A DNA stretch of 51,322 bases from Octopus bimaculoides (Eukaryota). Below, piece after piece: positions 48,081 to 51,322 of the stretch (position 1 is the stretch's first letter; each line of letters opens with the position of its first letter). Below the pieces are notes generated by a model, which was not told the DNA's origin, did no database searches, and saw only the letters and a program-made list of their open reading frames with translations. Made by a program: the position numbers and the translations under genes. The DNA lies in assembly GCF_001194135.2 (NCBI RefSeq), contig NC_068993.1:46906333-46957654 (forward strand), given 5' to 3'.

Positions 48081-48139
48081 CAGGCTGATGAGGAATAGAC
48101 AAATGGTAAGAATTTGTTAAATCCGAAACCTGGCTCCTG
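48081..48139 (+). ncRNA. Type I hammerhead-ribozyme-like motif, one core substitution from canonical
   Basis: CAGG-CTGATGA-GGA(ata)GACAAAT-loop-ATTTGTT(aaa)TCC-GAAA-C-ctg-G-C-T-CCTG. Core boxes, stems I and II and the 15.2-16.2 pair are present; position 16.1 is C instead of U. Confidence 0.35.
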
Positions 48140-48469
48140 TTTAATAATGATTTCTTTAGGTGATTNNNNNNNNNNNNNNNNNNNNNNNNNNNNNNNNNNN
48201 NNNNNNNNNNNNNNNNNNNNNNNNNNNNNNNNNNNNNNNNNNNNNNNNNNNNNNNNNNNNNNNNNNNNNNNNNNNNNNNNNNNNNNNNNNNNNNNNNNNN
48301 NNNNNNNNNNNNNNNNNNNNNNNNNNNNNNNNNNNNNNNNNNNNNNNNNNNNNNNNNNNNNNNNNNNNNNNNNNNNNNNNNNNNNNNNNNNNNNNNNNNN
48401 NNNNNNNNNNNNNNNNNNNNNNNTATATATATATATGTATATATATATTATAGATATATATATATATAA

Positions 48470-48745
48470 TACAAAAATGGGACAAGAACGCAAAATATAC
48501 AGACAAAAAACAGGGACAACAAAATATCCAGATAGACTATACAGGGAAAATAAGGACGGGTCATTCGGAGTTTTCTGTCCTCAGTCGAGTTCCAGATTAT
48601 CTTTGCAATTTCGGCTGGTTATACTCGAGATTGCTCCAATCTGGCCAACCCCAAGGAAAAAATAAGCTAAGAGCATTAGATTCCTTGGAAGAAAAACAGC
48701 GAATGTATTCGAAAACAAGGACGGAAAAAAAACAGAGAAATGTTA
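48470..48745. repeat. Probable interspersed repeat
   Basis: 'caaaaatgggacaagaacgcaaaa...ggacgggtcattcggagtttt...gagcattagattccttggaag' is recalled as an abundant Octopus repeat; single copy here. Confidence 0.4.
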
Positions 48746-48865
48746 CACAAATACATATATATATATTTGATGACATCCATCTCTCTCTCTATATATATCT
48801 TTATATATACACACACATACATACATACATACATACATACATACATACATACATAATACATACAA

Positions 48866-49075
48866 ACATACATGTGTGTATGTTTGTGTTTGTTCCACCG
48901 CTTGACAACTGCTGTTAGTTTGTTCATGTACTTGTAATCTAGCAGTTCGGCAAAGCAGTCTGATAGAACAAGTACCCGGCTTAAAACCATTTACGAGGGG
49001 GTAGGCGATTTGTTCGACTAAACCGCTTGTGTGCGGTACTCATTCATGGCCGCGCTCCAAAGACTGAAACAAATA
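48866..49075 (+). mobile_element. SINE family D, 3' part
   Basis: 'gtgtttgttccaccgcttgacaac...ctagcagttcggcaaag...gatttgttcgactaaa...catggccgcgc...gactgaaacaa'. Confidence 0.75.
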
Positions 49076-50014
49076 TTGAGTAAAAAATTAAGATAAACAA
49101 TATATATCTCTTACGGCCGGTAAAATGCAACGGAGAAGATGTAAATACGCGTTACAACTGGTTAAAGGTAACTGACATATATTTGTTTCATTTAATGATA
49201 TGTAACTGGTGAAATGTATGTATGCGTTACAAATGGTAAAATATAACGGAGGTGTTGTATGAATATGTGTCACAGCTGATGAATTGTAACAGACGTACGT
49301 ATGTGTTACTGCTTGAAAAATAAAACAACCTATACGTATCTATTAGATGTTTAGATGTTTGGTAAAATATAAATGTACAGATGGTAGAATGCAAAAAAAA
49401 GCTTTCTAGTTATCTACATNNNNNNNNNNNNNNNNNNNNNNNNNNNNNNNNNNNNNNNNNNNNNNNNNNNNNNNNNNNNNNNNNNNNNNNNNNNNNNNNN
49501 NNNNNNNNNNNNNNNNNNNNNNNNNNNNNNNNNNNNNNNNNNNNNNNNNNNNNNNNNNNNNNNNNNNNNNNNNNNNNNNNNNNNNNNNNNNNNNNNNNNN
49601 NNNNNNNNNNNNNNNNNNNNNNNNNNNNNNNNNNNNNNNNNNNNNNNNNNNNNNNNNNNNNNNNNNNNNNNNNNNNNNNNNNNNNNNNNNNNNNNNNNNN
49701 NNNNNNNNNNNNNNNNNNNNNNNNNNNNNNNNNNNATATATATATATATATACCTACATACACACATGTGTATGTATATATGTATATATATGCATTGTTG
49801 CTTCTAGTCGATAGTAACAGTTCTACAATGCATTGCACGTAAATGTATGTTAGCGTCGTCGCTAAGAAAACGTTTTGGGAAAACTGGGGTAAAATTGCGC
49901 TATTGAATTGTCAATTAACTTATATCGCTTTACATCAAAAGCAACAGAATAGTAGAGCATCGTTGTCTGCCTCCAACAACTGTGTCAATCGGACACCGAA
50001 GTCTGTATTCACAC

Positions 50015-50970
<956 letters not shown>

Positions 50971-51322
50971 ACTAAATAATAGTGAACAATAAACAATAAA
51001 AAAAAAAACGATGTTGTCGTTACCTTCGTTTTCATAAAATTATCACTTTATCTCTCTCTCTCTCTTCTTTCTCTCGTTCTCCCTGTTTTTCTACACACAC
51101 ATGCACACCTAGTCACATAAGACACACACACACACGCAGACATACACATAAACGCATTTACATACACACACACGTATACATATACAGATTCTTACACTTG
51201 TATATCGTTATGTATATATTTACGTATATGTGTATGCATATATGTATGGATATGTTTATGTATTATGTACGTGTATATATACGTATATATATATATTTAT
51301 ATATATATATATATATATATAT

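Overview
Eukaryotic, AT-rich, repeat-saturated genomic DNA with no prokaryotic features. The tRNA-headed SINE families and the density of (CA/TA/GA)n, (TAC/ATT/GAT)n and (ATCT/ATGT)n microsatellites look like a coleoid cephalopod, most likely an Octopus draft scaffold. That assignment is from recognition, not a database search. Sixteen N-gaps total about 4.8 kb, and most sit in or next to microsatellites. Well-supported content: at least four SINE families in many copies; a full-length but disabled mariner with TIRs and TA TSD (15083-16371); an older mariner remnant; a Penelope-like RT fragment; two R4-type RLE LINE fragments; TA- and TTAA-type MITEs; a 42-bp foldback element; and several minisatellites. 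No complete or identifiable protein-coding gene is visible. One good coding-exon candidate lies on the minus strand (7560-7733), with several weaker candidates on both strands, so the window is probably mostly intronic or intergenic. Nearly all long ORFs in the supplied track are artefacts of gaps and simple repeats. I found no convincing new biological system. The best leads are three hammerhead-ribozyme-like remnants (one a single core base from canonical), head-to-head inverted SINEs next to the candidate exon (possible ADAR substrate), and a strongly spliced exon candidate with a single in-frame TGA.
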